Shown in pieces: positions 60,901 to 64,000 of a stretch of 64,000 nucleotides of DNA. The DNA is from Hydrolagus colliei (taxonomy: Eukaryota): positions 2,728,001-2,792,000 of the forward strand of contig CM068752.1 of assembly GCA_035084275.1 (NCBI GenBank), read 5' to 3'. A model generated the notes under the pieces. The model made no database searches, had not been told where the DNA came from, and saw only the letters and a program-made list of their open reading frames with translations. Position 1 is the stretch's first letter; each line of letters begins with the position of its first letter. Made by a program: the position numbers and the translations under genes.

Positions 60901-61714
60901 GTGATAATCCCTCAAGAAAAAAAACAATAATAATTTGGTCACTTGATCCACGACTGTTTGTAGGACACTGCTGAGCGCAATTCACTGCTGCGTTTCGCCC
61001 ACAAATATACAGTACAATTAATTCACTTTACAGCACAATCTGTGAAGCGCTTTGAGACGTCTCGTAGATGTGAAAAGCACTAAATCAAATGCAAGGATTA
61101 TTATTATTAGGGAAAGCTGTAAGAAAGGTCGGACATTGAAAACAGGGAGTGGGTGGTGGGAGATGGTGGGATTGAAATACGCAACACATGACCTCATTGC
61201 ACTCTCGTAAACCTTGGTTTTTACGGGCGGAATCCAAATAGATTTAGGGACGGTGCCGTCAAGAAGAATAAATAAGATGGATGGGAAACTCTGCTCAGTA
61301 ATGATAGAGACCACTGGGGCCGTTGACGCTTGTATAAATCACAAACTTTAAACGCTCAACAAAAGGAGTAGCAGCAAATGTAAAAATATCACAAGAATTA
61401 TTTGTGTAATCTGCTTGACACAGACTTTAAAAATAGGAAACTGCAACCTACAGAGTACAATTATAACCCTCTTTCCACAGTAATATTGAAACGACCGCCA
61501 CAAAGGGAATGTGGGTGGAAAGCTGCCTGCATGACTCATTCACTGCAAATCAGGAGTTGATCTCCCCATTCTCTTTCGTTTGTTTTTCTATTTGTGAAGC
61601 TGAAAGGGAGGGTGGGGGAAGGAGGTAATGCCCGTCTCGTTGGGGCTGAGGTGAGATGTCTGGCAAAGGCGTATCGAAATCGACTGGTCACTGAATCAGG
61701 AAATCTTCCCACTC

Positions 61715-62032
61715 AATGATCCTTGCATTTGATAAGAGCGACTTATCACGTCTTTGAGACGTCTCAAAGCGCTTCGCAGAATAGGCTGAAAAGTGAATTG
61801 ACTGTATATCTGTGGGTGAAACGCGGCAGCCAATTGCGCACAGCAGTGTCCCACAAACAGTCGTGGATTGAAATGACCAATTTTTTTATTATTGTGGGTT
61901 TTTTGGAGGGATTTTGTATTAGGAATTTGGAGTAAGGAAACTTGCCTAAGGTTTCGCCCTGACCTGCCTGGATTGGAAACATAGGTCTCACGCTCGTAAG
62001 GCGAGTGCTCTAACCACTGAATTACAGGAGCT
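61715..62032 (-). mobile_element. tRNA-headed Deu-domain SINE, full length
   Basis: Reverse-oriented tail, core and head. Confidence 0.9.
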
Positions 62033-62439
62033 GTAATCAGGTAAGTGGGGTGCGCCCATCAAGGAGAGAGAATCAGACAAAATGGGTAATTCCCATGGAA
62101 TATGATGTGCATTTACTTTCCCATTACGTTTTACGAGCAATAAGTTTTCTAAATGAAACACAAATTAATTCTTATGGGCGATATTGAAGACACTAAAATT
62201 CTAGTCATAAGACATTAAAAAAAATCTAGTTTTACTTTCTCAACTAAATCACCACCTACTTCTCGAGTCAATTCATGGCAAATAAATCAAGCCAAGGTAC
62301 AACTCAACAGCACCAAACTGAGTTGACTCTCAAGACCTCAAAGCAATTTCCAAAGGAGTCTAAAATCCCAAAACCATCTCAAGCAGACTGTGGCTAGACA
62401 TCGATTGACCTGACTTGGCTCAGGAGGTGACTGGCTCAC

Positions 62440-62620
62440 AGGAGTTAGGTATTCAGATCCTGAAGTCTGTTCCACCATTTTATAAGATCATGGCTGATCT
62501 ATAACCCAAGTCCAGTTACTCGCCTTAATGCCTGACCTAACAAATACCTATCAACCTTAAATGAGGTGAATGGATCCAGCATTCACAGTCCTTTTGTGGG
62601 GAGGGAGTCCCAGATTCCAG
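62440..62620 (-). mobile_element. CR1-type LINE 3' fragment (degenerate)
   Basis: ctgttccaccattttataagatcatggctgatc...gggagggagtcccagattcc. Confidence 0.55.
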
Positions 62621-62734
62621 CACAGTAAATCATAGCTTCCCACACGTTTATAAGGAAACAAGTTATTGCTATAATTTGCCATACAACCCAGAACCACAAA
62701 TATTTGTACAAAGTTAGGCCGTGCTAAATGGATA

Positions 62735-63810
62735 ACTCACTTGTCAGACATCAAGTCCTGGATGAGAGCTAACTTTCTACAGTTAAATATCAACAAGACC
62801 GAGTCTCCCCTGATTGTGCTCGTGCCAGCGCCTTCACACATCAGGCAATGGCAGCATCAACCTCACTAAGCCAGTCAGGAACCCAGGTGTCTTGCTCTTT
62901 CCTCCCACACATCCAAGACATGACCCACTCTGCGTTTCCTCACCTCCGCAACATTGCCCGACTCCGCCACTATCTCACTCTTCAGGCTGCTGAAACTCTA
63001 ATTCGTGCCTTCATCATATCTAGGCTCGGCTACTCCAAAACCTTGCTTGTCGGCCTTCCCAATTCCTCCCTTCATAGGCTGCAGATAATCCAGAACTCTG
63101 CAGACCGCTCCAAACTCCGTGACCCCATCTATCCCATTCTTGCCCGACTCCATTGGCTCGCCATCACCCAGAGAATTCAATTAAAAATCCTGGTCCTCAC
63201 CTTCAAAGCCCTCCATGGCCTCGCCCCACCATACTTCTGCGACCTCCTAACCGCCTACCAATCTACCCACTCCCTCTGCTAAGCGGGCTCCGGCCTGCTC
63301 CATGACCCCCAACCCATCATCGGTGGGCAAGCCTTCAGCCACTCTGCCCCTAACCTCAGGAATTCCAACCCACAGTCCCTCCACCTTGCCCCCTTCATGG
63401 CTCCTTTCAAGTCCCACCTCAAGACCCTCCTCAAATAAAGCACAAAATACTAAATTGCTGGGAATCTGAAACAAAAACAGAAGTCGCTGGTGAAACCCAG
63501 CAGGTCAGGCAGCATCCATGGAGAAAGGAAAATGAGTCAACCCGTTCTGACGAAGGGTTGTAGATTCGAAATGTTGACTCTTTTTCCTTTCTCCATGGAT
63601 GCTGCCTGACCTGCTGAGTTTCTCCAGCAACTTCTGTTTTTGTTTCAAGGCCATCCTTTCTGACTGTCCCATCAGTCGCCCCAAATCCCCTCCTTTCACT
63701 CCACCCTCCCCGATCTCGACCCCAGCTAGGGTCTGAAACATTGACTGTCCAGTGCCTTGGGACACGTTCTTACGACGTGAAAGGCGCTATACTTTCACGT
63801 TGTTGTTGTT
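62735..63810 (+). mobile_element. 5'-truncated, decayed L2-clade LINE (RT C-terminal region, 3' UTR, tail), interrupted by a Penelope-like remnant
   Basis: gacatcaagtcctggatg...NFLQLNINKTE-like coding, then HLRNIARLRHYLTLQAAETLIRAFIISRL..LQIIQNSA..PILARLHWL..RIQLKILVLTFKALHGLAPPY (ORF 62848..63282), typical of L2 ORF2. Frameshifted; ends gggacacgttcttacgacgtgaaaggcgctat...gttgttgtt. Confidence 0.88.
63432..63647. mobile_element. Penelope-like inverted terminal-repeat remnant with a hammerhead core in the spacer
   Basis: ~75-bp arms 63467-63541 and 63573-63647. Spacer and arm read GTT-CTGACGA-A-GGGTT-GTA-GATTC-GAAA-TGTT-GAC. Confidence 0.68.
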
Positions 63811-64000
63811 GAAAATAAGCACGTGATTTTAGTTTTCTTTAAATAATTAGCCACATGATAGTTTTCAGTTCAATTAATATATTCTATTTCCATGACATAT
63901 TTTTACGGTTCATTTATGAAAACATATGTACATTCAACCGAAAAAGCAGTCAACATGTGGCAAAATATAGTATACCATGAAGAAAAACATTCGCTAAAGT

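Noticed and set aside
62848-63282. Functional 144-aa protein gene
   Set aside because: Fragment of a decayed L2 ORF2, truncated and frameshifted.
38783-64000. Canonical NEURL1B exon 1 (MG... start with phase-1 donor)
   Set aside because: I scanned by eye for ATG-GGN-AAY on the - strand with a suitable donor and found none. It probably lies outside the window or in the gap.

Overview
Eukaryotic (vertebrate) genomic DNA, most likely a cartilaginous fish and probably a holocephalan/chimaera. The taxon is inferred from the repeat landscape and protein divergence, not verified. Two spliced genes converge tail to tail. On + are the last coding exons of SH3PXD2B/Tks4 (end of SH3-1 through SH3-4, stop at 13527), including a 50-nt exon missing from the ORF track and a candidate 84-nt cassette exon at 4079-4162. 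On - are coding exons 2-5 of NEURL1B (NHR1, NHR2, Ser-rich linker, RING; 38782 to 22881). NEURL1B exon 1 was not found and probably lies beyond 64000, so ~38.8-64 kb is probably intron 1. Introns hold roughly 50 copies or fragments of one tRNA-headed Deu-domain SINE, many L2 LINE 3' tails, CR1-type 3' ends and three Penelope-like terminal-repeat remnants carrying minimal hammerhead-ribozyme motifs. There is a 200-N gap at 49018-49217. Most ORFs in the supplied track are spurious (SINE-derived, intronic or antisense shadows). Most interesting: the hammerhead-bearing palindromic Penelope-like remnants, the cassette exon between SH3-1 and SH3-2, the apparent absence of the Src-SH2 docking YEEI motif in Tks4, the composite CORE-like + Deu SINE architecture, and inverted SINE pairs tightly flanking in-frame NEURL1B exons. 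Family and ortholog assignments rest on recalled sequences, not searches.
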